NCBI GenBank assembly: GCA_036172245.1
Contig: JAYWIR010000076.1
Span: 248,001 to 312,000 of the forward strand
Source: Raillietiella orientalis
Taxonomy: Eukaryota
DNA: 64,000 nucleotides
Direction of reading: 5' to 3'
Every line of letters starts with the position of its first letter. Within the stretch, counting starts at the first letter, position 1. A program made the translations under genes and the position numbers. A model generated the notes under the pieces. The model did not search any database, was not told the DNA's origin, and was given only the letters and a program-made list of their open reading frames with translations. Of this stretch, positions 48,020 to 59,398 are shown piece after piece.

Positions 48020-49898
48020 ATGGCCACCTTGCCTGAGGTCACCACGATGGAAGTAGGTGTACGGGAGGCTTGAACACTACCACAGCCTACAGAATCAGGG
48101 GCGTCCGTCCGGTAATCGCCCTCAGTGCCCAAGTCGTGGAGCTGGAGCCCTATAATGGCCGCGCTCAGAGCGGAAACCCTGGGCGAACAAATGGCCTAAC
48201 GGGCAGCTGGTTACAAGTCCAGCTTAGTGTTCCAATTAGGAAACCTATTTGATGGGCGAACTGCACGCGACTTCACAAAGGCGCTGAAGGACGCCAATGT
48301 GTTCTAGAAGCTTCTCGACGGCCTCTGCGTCCTCAGCGGCGGGCAGCGGGTCGAGGTGGTATGCAAGGATATCACCTTGGCCCGACACCTGATCACCGAC
48401 CCGCTGATCGTTGATGGTCGGAAGATCTTGCCGATAACGATGGACCGCTCGGTGGTGGTCCATCTCACTGGGATCTCCAGTCGCAAGACGAGATCAGCGG
48501 TTCGAGAACAGCTACAAAAGCACGGAGAAGTGCACGCGTTGTGGCCCAAGTCCACGATTTTCCAAGCCTACAATAGCCTTTTCGGAGGTCAAGCTGCGGC
48601 GCGTATCACGGTAAAAGAGGGTGGTGCGCTTCCCCATAAGCTGGAGGTCTGCCAAGAAGCGGTGGACCTCTGGTACGTGGGAAAACGCCAATTTTGTGGC
48701 TACTGCAATGCAGTAGGGCATCTACGAAAAAGGTGCTTGAACATTGTGTGCCACCTATGCGGCGAAAAGGGTCACGTTCGGCGCGTGTGCCCCAAGCGCC
48801 TTACCCCGGTGCCCCCTGCCGCCAAAAAGGCGCAGGGAAAACGTGGAAAGCTGGTAGAAAGACCAGCTCGCGAAAATGGTCGTTCCCAACTTCCAGCCTC
48901 CCTTCCTCCCGTACAGACGTCAGAGGAAATAGCTCCAGTGGACGCGGGAATGGAGGAGGGTTGGCAGCTGGTTCAGGCCAAAAAAGAAAAAAAAAAGAAA
49001 TTAATGCCAGGAGAAAAGTCGGAGAAGAAAACTGCCGGCAAAAAGAAAAAAACCGCGCCGCTTTCAAAAAAAAAAACAACTTCGCGAATGCTCGGTGGCA
49101 CTCGAACGCTTAGCCGTTCCTGCCGAGGCCGCGCGCGGCAATGTTCGCGGAACAGCTGATGCGGACGCGATGAATACTCGCGTGGACGAGCCCAATCTAC
49201 GTGTAGAGGGTGAGACGCGAGACTCGCGCGCCGACAGCCAGGACGCCGCGCTCGATAAAGTCGCGGAGGAGCCCGCGGCAACGTTCGCCGTCAACGATGA
49301 CGCCGCGCTCGATAAGGTCGCGGAGCAGCCCGCGGCAACGGTCGCCGCTGGCGAAGACGCGGCCTTCGAGAAAGCGGCGGAGGAGCTCGTAGCAACGCTC
49401 GCCGAGCGCGAAACCCCGTCGCGCAAGGGCGTACGCAGGTCGGCTCCGACGAAGGCCCCCGCAGGTGAGGGCGACCTGGGGGCCGGAAGCAAATCCTCCT
49501 CCTCGGAGGCACCCCACAGGAAGTCGGGACGCAAGTCCCAGAAACCCAGGAGGCGCCTCCCCTCCACCAGCGAGGAGGAGAAACCGGAAGGAAGCGGCAG
49601 CGTGGTAATCCCGGAGGGGGAATACCCACGCCAGGAATCCGTCGAGTCGACCACCCCCATGAAGGAGGGAGAGCAGGGGGGTGAAGTCCTCCCTGCAGTC
49701 GCGAAACCTGAGCAGCCCGAACCCATAGAGAAAGGCGAACATGTAGGCGCGACTCCACCTGCGGGTGATCCGGCCGACGCGCCGGCACCGATGGAGGAGG
49801 AGGAAAAGGTGCCTTCAGTACCTGTCCCCCCTCCCCCTCCACCTAGCGTCCCGCCCCAGCCGGTGGCGGACGCCGCATCGCCGTTTTCCCTGGACTAA
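48020..49898 (+). pseudogene. A3 ORF1 (gag-like), frameshifted
   Basis: CGYCNAVGHLRKRC and CHLCGEKGHVRRVC knuckles. Low-complexity C-tail. Frameshifts, including one in an A-run near 49070. Confidence 0.85.
49242..49412 (+). repeat. 57-bp (19-aa) in-frame tandem repeat, 3 units, in A3 ORF1
   Basis: DAALDKVAEEPAATFAVND / DAALDKVAEQPAATVAAGE / DAAFEKAAEELVATLAERE, with units starting at 49242, 49299 and 49356. Confidence 0.85.
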
Positions 49899-50357
49899 CA
49901 CCTGGGCTCGCCAGTCGCCGTCGGATTCGCGCGGCCTGTTGGAACGTCAACGGGCTGCGCGACGACGGCAACAGGCGAGATACAGCCGACACCCTGCGTG
50001 AGCTCGACCTGGCGCTGCTGCAGGAGATCCACGTGATCACCGCGGCAGACGCCCAGGAGATCGAGACGATCGCGGGGGGTCGGCTGTATTGGCGATGCGG
50101 CCTCCGCAACACCTGCGGGGTCGCGTTCTTCGTGAAGCCGGCCATCGACGCTGCCGTGAAGGGCGTGCGGTTTGATGACGACGGTCGGATTGGTCAGCTG
50201 ATTCTCAGCTGGTCCGACTCGATCGACCTAATCGTCACAAACGTGTATGGCCCCAGCGGCAAACAGGGGTACCGCCACCGCACCAGGCTGCTGGAAACCC
50301 TGAAGCGCGACTGGCTGGCGGATACCAATGTGCGAAAGGCTCACCTGATAGCGGGTG

Positions 50358-50366
50358 ATTTCAATC
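50358..50366 (+). repeat. Target-site duplication ATTTCAATC (second copy at 56274-56282)
   Basis: Identical 9-mer on both sides of B2. Removing B2 restores GCG GGT GAT TTC AAT CTC CGC CTG = AGDFNLRL. Confidence 0.9.
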
Positions 50367-50371
50367 GAGTG

Positions 50372-50381
50372 CGGACGTGTT
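50372..50381 (+). promoter_or_regulatory. Shared 5'-terminal motif CGGACGTGTT, putative internal promoter (representative copy)
   Basis: Found within about 30 bp of the 5' end at 1413, 37942, 47933, 50372 and 17016-17025(-). Variants at 1073(-), 8940(-) and 46878. Function is inferred. Confidence 0.55.
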
Positions 50382-50444
50382 TTTCTTCGCTCTCGTCTCC
50401 GTGCTTTCATCCGCTTCATCTTGGCGTCGTACATTTTGACGACG

Positions 50445-52361
50445 ATGTCGACCCAACTTGAAGCTACTGAAGTTGGAGGAACAGCATCCGGATATGCAAT
50501 CGCGGAACCGACGGCCGCCTCCACTTCGTCTTTCTCGCCAATGCAGAGGAGTTTTGCTGACGTTGCTGCCACAGCAGCCGTCAAAGGGAAACCACTCGAC
50601 GAGTCGGAGTTGCGGGCATACGTAGCCCAAGGCTATAGACCTGCTCTCCGATATAAGGTGAGTGGTTTTCTTTCTGCGCGCGACGGGAATCAGTTCAACG
50701 ATGAACTGACGCGTGTTGGCGTGCGGGAGGAGGACCTCCTCGCCATTATGCCCGTAAAAGACATGGGCTATTTCAAGGTGCGTTGCAAAGACGCTGCACT
50801 TGTGCAACGCTTGCTGCGCACCCCGTTGTCGATCCGTGGCCAGAAGGTCTTCCCGGCCGCCATGGACGACTCATTTGTGGCGGAGATTTTCGACATCGAG
50901 TCGGAAGTCTCCGATACTGATATTCGGAACGCGTTGGCGAAATTCGCCACGGTCCATGCGCTGTGGAGGGTGCGTAGCAACCTCAAGGACTTCCCGTCCA
51001 TACACAGCGGAGTCGCTGGAGTCCGGCTTACAATGCCGGACCGCAGTCTGCTGCCTACCAAACTACAGGTGAATGACACGGTCGTTCACCTGTGGTTCGT
51101 GGGCAAAGTAAAAACGTGCGAGCAATGCGGGAACGAGGGGCATTGTTTTGATAAATGCCCCTCTGGAAAATGCCGTTATTGCAAACTATCCGGGCACCAA
51201 TTGAAAAATTGCCCGGATCTTTTGCGAAAAAAGGCAGCCGCGGAGCTCCATCCTAGAAAACAAAGCGCGGATAAAAAGAAAAAATCTGCGAAAAACCTGG
51301 AGACCCCACGGCAGAAATTCGGTAAAAACGCGAGGCGGAATGTCGCCCCAAAGCAACAGGAAACCTCGAACGCGAAGCCCTGCGCACCCCCTCTCGCGGC
51401 AGGGGAGCCGCAAAAGGAAGGGTGCGGGGAATCCGGGGCAATGGTAAGTCCCCCTAGGCGCAATAGCTGTCCTAACCTAGCACACCCGGCTCTCTCGGAG
51501 TTCGAGCAGCCGGCGAAGAAGCCAATGGACAACGGCGGTAAGGACACTTCCAGTACCGTCAAATCCATTCCTTCACCTCCTGCAGTGGCTGAGAAGCCCA
51601 AATCGGGTAAGAAGGGTTGTGCCGTGTCGACTTCGAAAGTCGGCAAAAAAAAATCCGCGTCGCTATCCAACACCGCGAAAGCGGAGAAAAATCTCACGCC
51701 GTCGCAGTCGGAGAGCAAGCTCTCGACTGGCGCGGATGCCATGCCAACGAAGGGATTAAAAGCCCTTCCGAAAGCAGCGTCCATGACGAGCGTGTCGGAG
51801 CTATCGAAAGTGCTCCCGTCCAAAGACGCGGATGGCTTCAAAGATGGCCATGGAGCACAATCTCCATTTACGGCGCCACGCGAAGTGACGAACCGTAATG
51901 AAGTAAAGAAGACTTCAGCAAACGTCCCTCGTGCAACTGCGCGTGAGCACGCTGAAAACGCGCGCGCCGGGAAAGCAGCCGTCACCAAAAGCGATGCTCT
52001 GGTGACGGAAAACGAAAACAGGACAGCTGTCAATCCAGCAGAACCTGTCACTGCTTCGCGGAAGGCCGAAACCCGATCAAACATGCGCCGGTCGGACTCC
52101 GAAATGGATGCCGTTCCGATCACCGAGACGAGGACAACTCGTTCGAAAGCGTGTGCGCGCCGATCAAAAGTAGGCAGCCAGGCAACGCTCGCCGCGAAGC
52201 CACGCGAAGTCTCCACGAAACCCGACGGGGTTAAGCCTGGCGTGGAGGCATTACATGCATGCAGCACGACAGAGGACGGTGGCGACCGTCCCCTCCAGCC
52301 AGTCGTGCTGCTCGCCGTCTGCTCGCCGGATAAAGCGAGCAAAAAGCCGCCACCTTCTTAG
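50445..52361 (+). CDS. LINE ORF1 gag-like nucleic-acid-binding protein (638 aa), intact
   Basis: Open frame from ATG 50445. CEQCGNEGHCFDKC and CRYCKLSGHQLKNC (CX2CX4HX4C) knuckles. Long basic low-complexity C-terminus. Confidence 0.9.
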   Translation: MSTQLEATEVGGTASGYAIAEPTAASTSSFSPMQRSFADVAATAAVKGKPLDESELRAYVAQGYRPALRYKVSGFLSARDGNQFNDELTRVGVREEDLLAIMPVKDMGYFKVRCKDAALVQRLLRTPLSIRGQKVFPAAMDDSFVAEIFDIESEVSDTDIRNALAKFATVHALWRVRSNLKDFPSIHSGVAGVRLTMPDRSLLPTKLQVNDTVVHLWFVGKVKTCEQCGNEGHCFDKCPSGKCRYCKLSGHQLKNCPDLLRKKAAAELHPRKQSADKKKKSAKNLETPRQKFGKNARRNVAPKQQETSNAKPCAPPLAAGEPQKEGCGESGAMVSPPRRNSCPNLAHPALSEFEQPAKKPMDNGGKDTSSTVKSIPSPPAVAEKPKSGKKGCAVSTSKVGKKKSASLSNTAKAEKNLTPSQSESKLSTGADAMPTKGLKALPKAASMTSVSELSKVLPSKDADGFKDGHGAQSPFTAPREVTNRNEVKKTSANVPRATAREHAENARAGKAAVTKSDALVTENENRTAVNPAEPVTASRKAETRSNMRRSDSEMDAVPITETRTTRSKACARRSKVGSQATLAAKPREVSTKPDGVKPGVEALHACSTTEDGGDRPLQPVVLLAVCSPDKASKKPPPS

Positions 52362-52366
52362 CAGTA

Positions 52367-55300
52367 ATGCGGGGAATCGCGTCTTCTCGTCGTCTGTCCG
52401 TAACGTGTTGGAACGTGAACGGACTGCAGAACGACGAGAAGAGGCGATTAGTAGCCAACGCCCTGCGCCCCTTCGACCTCGCGCTCCTGCAGGAGATTCA
52501 CGTAATCTCCGACGAGCCGACAGCCGAAATCGAGGAGCGCGCAGGCGGAACGCTACATTGGCGGTGCGGCGGCGCACACACGTGCGGCGTCGCGTTCCTC
52601 GTAAGAGGAAAAATGGCGGAAGCGGTGCGTAGTGTTCGTTTCGATGACAACGGACGGATAGGCCAGCTTGTCATCAAGTGGTCCGAGTCCATCGATCTCG
52701 TCGTTACGAACGTCTACGCGCCGAGTGGCTCTCGCTACCTCGAAGAAAGAGTAGCTTCCTTTGGTGAGGTGCAGAGCCAGTGGCTCAACAACTTCGGCTT
52801 CCAAGTGGCGCACCTCGTCGCTGGGGACTTCAACGTCCGCCTGCTCTCCGACGATTGGAGCCGCCCGAGGGAGCGCGCGCTGCCCATCGAGATGTGCGCG
52901 TCCGGGCACGCCGCCAACTTGATGGTCAGCGAACCAGGAATGGAAAGATCGCTCGTTCACGTTTTCCTCGATGAAAACCTGCATTCGCGTGTGGGTAGGA
53001 GAGGAAGATTGTTGACTGAGCTTTCTGACCACCACAGGTTGGAGTTTGAGATCCTTCCGCCAGGCAGGGGGCCTCCGTTGCAAAGCTGGAGGATGCAGGA
53101 GGATTGGCTTAGCCAACCGGAGGCTGCGGAGCATCTACGTGGATACCTCCGGGGCTTTGCCATTCAAGAACTTGCGGACTGGGACGATCTCAAAAGATCT
53201 GTCCGCGAGTTCTGTTGCCAATTCCCCTTGCACCGGCTTCCACGCGGTTTCGGAGAGGGCGTGGCCAACAGTAGAGACTGTCTGCAGGCCCGCACGTTTT
53301 CGAGACGCGCGGATGTCGGGCGTCTCGCAGAGTACAAGGCGAGGGCCGAGCGCCAGGTCTGGCAGTCCGGAGCAGCATGCCTGTTGGACGACAAGGGCCA
53401 GAAATGTTAAGCTCCAGCCGAAGTACGCCACATTGTGAGACGCTACTACACCTCTTTGTACGCGGAATCCCCGACGGAGGATATTCTTTCTGAGATACTC
53501 CTGTCTCAGGATGCTCGTGTTGTCGGCGAGGAGGAACGCGAACGTCTCAACGAGCCCTTCACGGCGGATGAATTTTCGTCCGCCATCGCTGGGCTGAAGA
53601 GACGAAAGGCGCCAGGCGAGGATGGGCTCCCTGCAGAGTTTTATCAGTGCTTTGCTATGGAGCTCATTCCCTTGATGCTTAAACTCGCGACGCTGATGAG
53701 TGGATCCGGGAATGTCCCTGATTCCTTCCGCTCAGCAAAGGTGCGTCTCCTGCCGAAAGGCGGAGACTTGCGCCAACTTAACAACTGGCGTCCGATCACC
53801 TTGGTGAATTCGGACGTCAAGTTGTTTTCCAAGCTGTGGGTCGCGCGGTTAGGAAGAATCGCGGAATCTGTGGTGAGCCCGGAACAAACCTACGCGGGTC
53901 CGGGACGATCCATGGAGGCGAACATCCTTTTCGCGCGTACATGGATGCAGCTGCAGGAAGTTGTGACGCAGCAAAGCCAGGCTGCTGCGAAAGTCACTGC
54001 CGCAGGCAAAAAGAACAGGCGCCGACGGCAGGAGGGAACGCCAGGTGCCTTGGTTGTCGCCGTCGATCTCCACAAGGCGTTCGACTGCGTAAACCAGAAG
54101 CTGCTTTTGGAGCTTATGGAACGCCTTGGGTTCCCGGGGCTACTCCTGCTGTATTTGCGCGCGTGCTGGCGCCACGCGCTAACCTGCATCACTTTTAGCG
54201 GCTGCCGCGTGTATGGTATTCCCGTTCGTAGGGGCATCCGACAGGGCGACAGCTTAAGCCCGTTGCTCTTCAGCATCTTCTTTGAGTTGGTGCTAAGAGC
54301 ATACAGGCTGATGCTGTCTCACTTGCCAAGCTCCTGCCCGGGAACGCCTGCCGTGGCCGCCTACGCTGATGACCTGCTTCTTCTGCTCCCCATGTCCACC
54401 CCGGCGTCCAGTGTCGAGGATTTCCTCGACCTGATTCGTCGGGGAGCGGGCGTGAGCGTGAACAGAGAGAAGAGCGTGGTCGTTCCTGTGGGTACGTCGT
54501 GGGAGGGGCAGTCCGACTGGATCCGCCTGGGGATCCCCACGGGCGGGTACTTTAAGTACCTTGGCGTTCCGTTGGGCGCTTTCGGCGCAGCCGAAGCGTG
54601 CGCGGACTGTCTTCAGAAAGCAGAGTTGGCCATCAGCCCGCTCTTTAACGGCAAGTTTACCTTGCAGGAACGGGCGACTATTTGGAACACCTTTGTGGCC
54701 CCCCTCCTCCGTCCCCTGTTTTTTGTTTTGAACCCCCCCTATGCGGCAAAACAGCGGGCTAAGCGCCTGCTTAGGAACGCTCTCTGAGGTCCGGCGAGAT
54801 CCAGGAGATGCCTTAAAGATTTGTCAGCTCCGCGTCGGGATGCTGGTTTGGGTATCCTGACAATGGAGCGAATCGGACTGCAGGTGAAGTTCCGACTGCT
54901 GGCACTGTGTGCCCAGCTATGGACATCCCCCCTGTGTGTGCCAGCCCGTATTCTCCTGCGGAGATGCGCCGGCAGCAAAGGATTTCTCTCGCTTTTGCCG
55001 GGCACTCAATACAGGAAGCGGGGTTTCGGTTTTCCATTGCGGCAGTTGACCGCACTTCTGGAAGCACACTCTTGGATCTCCTGCCGCCCAATGAACTTCG
55101 AAGCTTGGCGGCAGGAGTCTGTTGAATCCTGGGCGGCGTTCCAAGGAATACGCTTTGAAGATCTTCGCCCCCTGTGTCAATTTTTTCCACGATCCTTGGA
55201 AGAAGTACTGCAGGCCGAGGTGAAGTGTTCTACCCTGGCTGCCACGCCTCTTGCCGCAGCGCTGTCTGCCCTCTGGGCAAGAAACGATAGTTACCAACCG

Positions 55301-55960
55301 GCGAGGTGGGAGGTTTCCTGCACGATAGCGGGAAAAACCAAACTCCTTGGCGCCTGGAAGACGAGTGAGTTGGCGGACGCCGCCACTCCTCGTGTTACTG
55401 CAAAGAAACTCCTCCGGTGGGCAGAACAACTTGCTGTCACCCCCGAAGAACTTGTAGTCCCTCCACAGTGTATTGACTGTTCGCTGCTTCCCCTTGCTTG
55501 GAAACAAGCCGTGCTGCTTTTCGTTCACTGGGGTTTTCAGTGCAACGAGCGTTGGCATCGTGACTCCGGGGGACTTGCGTCTGCGAACTGCGTTCTGTGC
55601 GGATCGACGGAGTGGATTCCGCACCTACTTCTGGACTGCGGTGTCCTACAAGGACTGTGGCGTAGGCTGGCAACAGCACTATTGCATCCCGTGGACACCG
55701 CAAGAGACTTGCTGCGACGATTCTTCACGCCGAGCGGGCTTTCACTAAGCGCAAGGATTGCAACCATCGGTTGCATACGCGCGATAGTTTCCGTCCGCCA
55801 GGCGTTGGTAATCAACGGACAGCACCAAGAGGTAATCAGCAAAGCATCCTTCTACATGGGAGCATCCGCTAGATGGCCTCATCTGACAGAGGAGACAAAG
55901 AGGAATCTCGCCGCAATACACCGCCGGTTTACACACCCTCATCAGCGGCCAACCCGGTGA
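52367..55960 (+). pseudogene. B2 ORF2 (APE endonuclease, RT, CCHC finger; about 1197 codons) with two in-frame stops
   Basis: Three ORF-track pieces in one frame, with stops ending at 53410 and 54787. Motifs WNVNGL, LQE, NVYAP, GDFN, SDH, DLHKAFD, GIRQGD and YADD. Confidence 0.93.
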
Positions 55961-56243
55961 TCATTGCCCTACCCTCCATAAACTAAATTTGTATTTTCTT
56001 TTTACACCCGCGTCCCCATAGGCTCCGGAACATTTTAGGTGCTCATCGTATAAATCCCCGTGAGTACGGAGCCTAACCAAAAACCCGTTACCCTTCCCTC
56101 CAGTTTTTGATTTTTGTTTTTTTCCCCTCATTCCCCCCACGCTGCGAGCGGTTTGTTTACCAGGCCTGCGTGCCGGTAATTTTTCTATGTTCTCTGTCGT
56201 TCTCTTGGTTGGGGACATTGTCCCTGACCAGTTTATTATTATT

Positions 56244-56273
56244 AATAAACGCCCCGGCGTGACCGGGTGATAA
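56244..56273 (+). terminator. Poly(A) signal plus GC stem-loop at the LINE 3' terminus (representative copy)
   Basis: AATAAA-CGC-CCCGG-CGTGA-CCGGG-TGATAA. Equivalents at nine other element ends. Confidence 0.65.
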
Positions 56274-59200
56274 ATTTCAATCTCCGCCTGCTATCAGGTT
56301 AGCCGGAAACACAAGTGAACGCGATGAACGAGTTGTGCGCCGCCATGCGTGCGCGCAGCTTGTTCGCGGGTGAGAAAGGAATGGTCAGCAGCATCGACCA
56401 CGTCTTTCTGGACGCTGACCTGTGTTCACGCGTCGGCAAACGGGGGAGGGTTGTGTCGACGTTGTCGGACCATTCCCGGCTAATTTTCGAGATGCGGCCT
56501 CGCGACAAAGGACCGCCATCCAGGGATTGGCGTCTGCTGGGGGACTGGACGCGACTCTCAGGTGCGAAGGAACACCTTCGCGAATACCTGAGAGGCGTCA
56601 CGCTCCGGAATCTCTAGGACTGGGACCTTTTTGAGGAATCGGTCCGCGATTTCTGTGAGCAGTTCCCCCTGGATCGCCTGTTCCCCGGATTCGGCGAGTG
56701 TGCTCGCAACCATCGGGCCTATTTACAGGCTCGTAGGTACGAGTGAACCCCTAATGTCCGTCGCCTGGCCGAGTACCGCGCCGGGGCCGAACGCCAAGCC
56801 TGGCAATCCGGGTCGGCCAGCTTGCTGGAAGGCCAGGGCCGGGAATGTTCGTCCCCGGCGTCGGTACGGCATCTCGTGCGGAGTTTCTATTCCTCCCTTC
56901 ACGCCAGGGAGCCCCCGGATCGAAACGCCTCTCTATGCTTGCTTCCGGATGGCAATCCGGCAATAGGGGAGGAGGAGATGGAAAGCCTCGACGAGCCTTT
57001 CACCACCGGCGAAATTCTCGCCGTTATCAAAAGGCTCAAGAAACGTAAAGCTCCAGGGGAAGACGGCTTGCCCGCGGAGTTCTCTCAGAGCTTCGCGGAA
57101 GAGCTGCCACCCCTGCTGCTTAAGTTGATCAGGCTGATCCGAGACGAAGGCGATGTTCCCGCCTCGTTTCGGTCAGCCAGAGTGAGGCTCCTTCCGAAAG
57201 GGGGAGACCTCAGGAATTTAAAGAACTGGCGTCCGATCACAATCGTGAATACGGACGCCAAGTTGACAGCAGGGCTATGGGCTTCGCGTCTGGGGTAGGT
57301 GGCAGAATCCGTAATTAGCCCGGAGCAGACTTATGCTGTTCCCGGGCGAAGTATGGATGCCAACCTCTTCTTCGCAAGCACATGGGTGCACCTGCAGAGA
57401 AGGGAAAAGAAAGGGATAGGGAAAGTCGGCAACCCCACATTGGGGCTGCCATCCGGGCTGGGAAGGGACCCCCGGGCTGGGAAGGGGGCCCTAGCACTCG
57501 CAGTCGATCTCCACAAGGCGTTCGACTGTGTAGACCAGGAACTCCTCTTGGAGCTCCTGGGTCGCATGGGCTTCCCACCTTCCCTGAATTCCTACCTGCG
57601 CTCTTGCTGGCGGAATGCGATGATTACCGTCTGTTTCAGTGGACAGAAGGTGTATGGCGTGCCGGTGCGGCGGGGCATAAGGCAGGGCGATAGCCTCAGC
57701 CCCCTGCTCTTTAGCACCTACTTTGAGTTGGTGCTGAGAGCGTACAGGGTGACTTTGGCCCCCTTGCCGAGCTCGTGCCCCGGCACGCCCGCCGTAGCAG
57801 CGTACGCCGACGACCTTCTGCTGCTGTTACCTATGTCCACCCGGCGAAGGCGGTCGGAGACTTCTTCGATCTGCTCAGCCGTGGGACCGGACTGCAGGTC
57901 AACAGGGCGAAGTCGTCGGTGGTGCCAGTAGGTGCGGCGTGGGCAAAGCAGCAGGACTGGGTCCGTCTGGGGATCCCCACGGCGAGGTGTTTCAAGTACC
58001 TTGGTGTGCCGTTGGGGGACTACTCCCCTGCGGAATCGTGGTCCAACTGCCTCCAAAATGTCGAGACGGCGATCGGCCCGTTCCTGGAAGGCAAGTTTCA
58101 CTTGCCGGAACCCGTCGCGGTTTGGAACGCCTTCGCGGCCTCCATCCTCCGCCCCTTGCTTTTTGTTTGCCCCTTCACCGTGAAATCGAAGAAGAGGACG
58201 AAGGACCTCCTAAGGATCGCCCTTTGGGGAAGAGGGAGTCTCCGAGTCCCGTTGATGGACTTGTGTGTTCCGCGTTGGGATGACGGTCTCGGCCTCTTGA
58301 CGCTGGAGCGAGTGGAGACTCAGCTGCGATGGCGTATTCTGGCCATCGCAACGAAGTTATGGAGCACCCCTTGGTGCATTCAGGCCCGCCTCCTAGCCAG
58401 CCGTGTGTTTCGCTGCGATGGACTCGCATCTTTTCTTCTGCGCCCAGGCCAGAAGATAAGAAGATGCGGCCTACTGCTCGGGCGCATGGCAACATTGGTC
58501 AAGGAGAGCGTCTGGATGGCATGCAGCGCGCCAACTCCTCCGCATGGCTGGAGGAATCTGTTGGAACGTGGGCGAGGCTAAATGCCCAACGAGAAGAGAA
58601 CTACAACTGCCTGCTATTCTACAACCGTGCCCACTGCAGCCTGCGGACCTTCTTGCAATGTCCCGCCTGGTGCACGTGGGCCGAGACCACACTCCTAGCT
58701 ACGGCGATGCCCTCTCTGAGGAGGTCGCTCTCCAGCAGCCGCACGCCTAGGTGGCAAGTCTACTGCCGAATCGCAGGCAGAGTGAAGAAGTTAAGCGGCT
58801 GGACCACGGCGCAACTGGCCGATGCCACTACTCGAAGTGTCCTCCCCCGTAATTTAAAGAGATGGGGCGAGCTGCTCGGCATCCCGATGGATGACCTGAT
58901 GTGGCCCCCGGATTTTTTTGGATTGAGGATCCTCCCCCTGTAGTGGCAGGAGTCGGCGCTTCTGCTGTTGCATTGGGATCTACCCTGCAATGCACGCCGC
59001 CACCACTGGACGAGGGGTCGAGTAGATCCTGCCTGCATCAGGTGTGGGAAGCAAGAAACCCTCCCCCACCTTCTTGTTGATTGCGCTACCCTTCGACCCC
59101 TGTGGGAGCGTCTTGGTACCTCCCTACGGCTACAGGAGGCAGCCAGCCCAGAGACGTTTTTCGGCATCTTTTCGTGCTGGATGCCCTGTGACCAGCCGCC

Positions 59201-59398
59201 AACCTATCAGCACTCTGCTGCATCCGAGCGATCGTGACAAGCTGGAGCGATTACAGAAGACCGAGCCACGACAGGGGTGCCGTCGAACTGGCAGTCCGCT
59301 ACCTGCGGCTTGCCACCAGATGGCCCCACCTCGGAATCATTCGGACGGACCTCGAGGGCATCCTGGAAAGGATGGACCCTCCTCCCAGTGGACCGTGA
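56274..59398 (+). pseudogene. A3 ORF2 3' part, disrupted
   Basis: SIDHVFLD, LSDH, KAPGEDG, DLHKAFD, AYADD and CIRCGKQETLPHLLVDC motifs, with stops and frameshifts. Confidence 0.9.

Larger units (their letters stand above)
50367..56273 (+). mobile_element. Full-length (about 5.9 kb) B-family LINE (copy B2)
   Basis: 5' UTR, intact ORF1, ORF2 with two stops, 3' UTR, AATAAA (56244) plus hairpin, and a perfect 9-bp TSD. Confidence 0.95.

Noticed and set aside
51176..52342. Long antisense ORFs (also 2535-3464, 5219-6157, 46861-47826)
   Set aside because: Shadow frames of GC-rich ORF1/ORF2 with no motifs of their own.
52367..55960. Programmed stop read-through or RIP-like mutation
   Set aside because: The stops are copy-specific (absent in B3), so this is ordinary decay. 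No dinucleotide bias could be established by eye.
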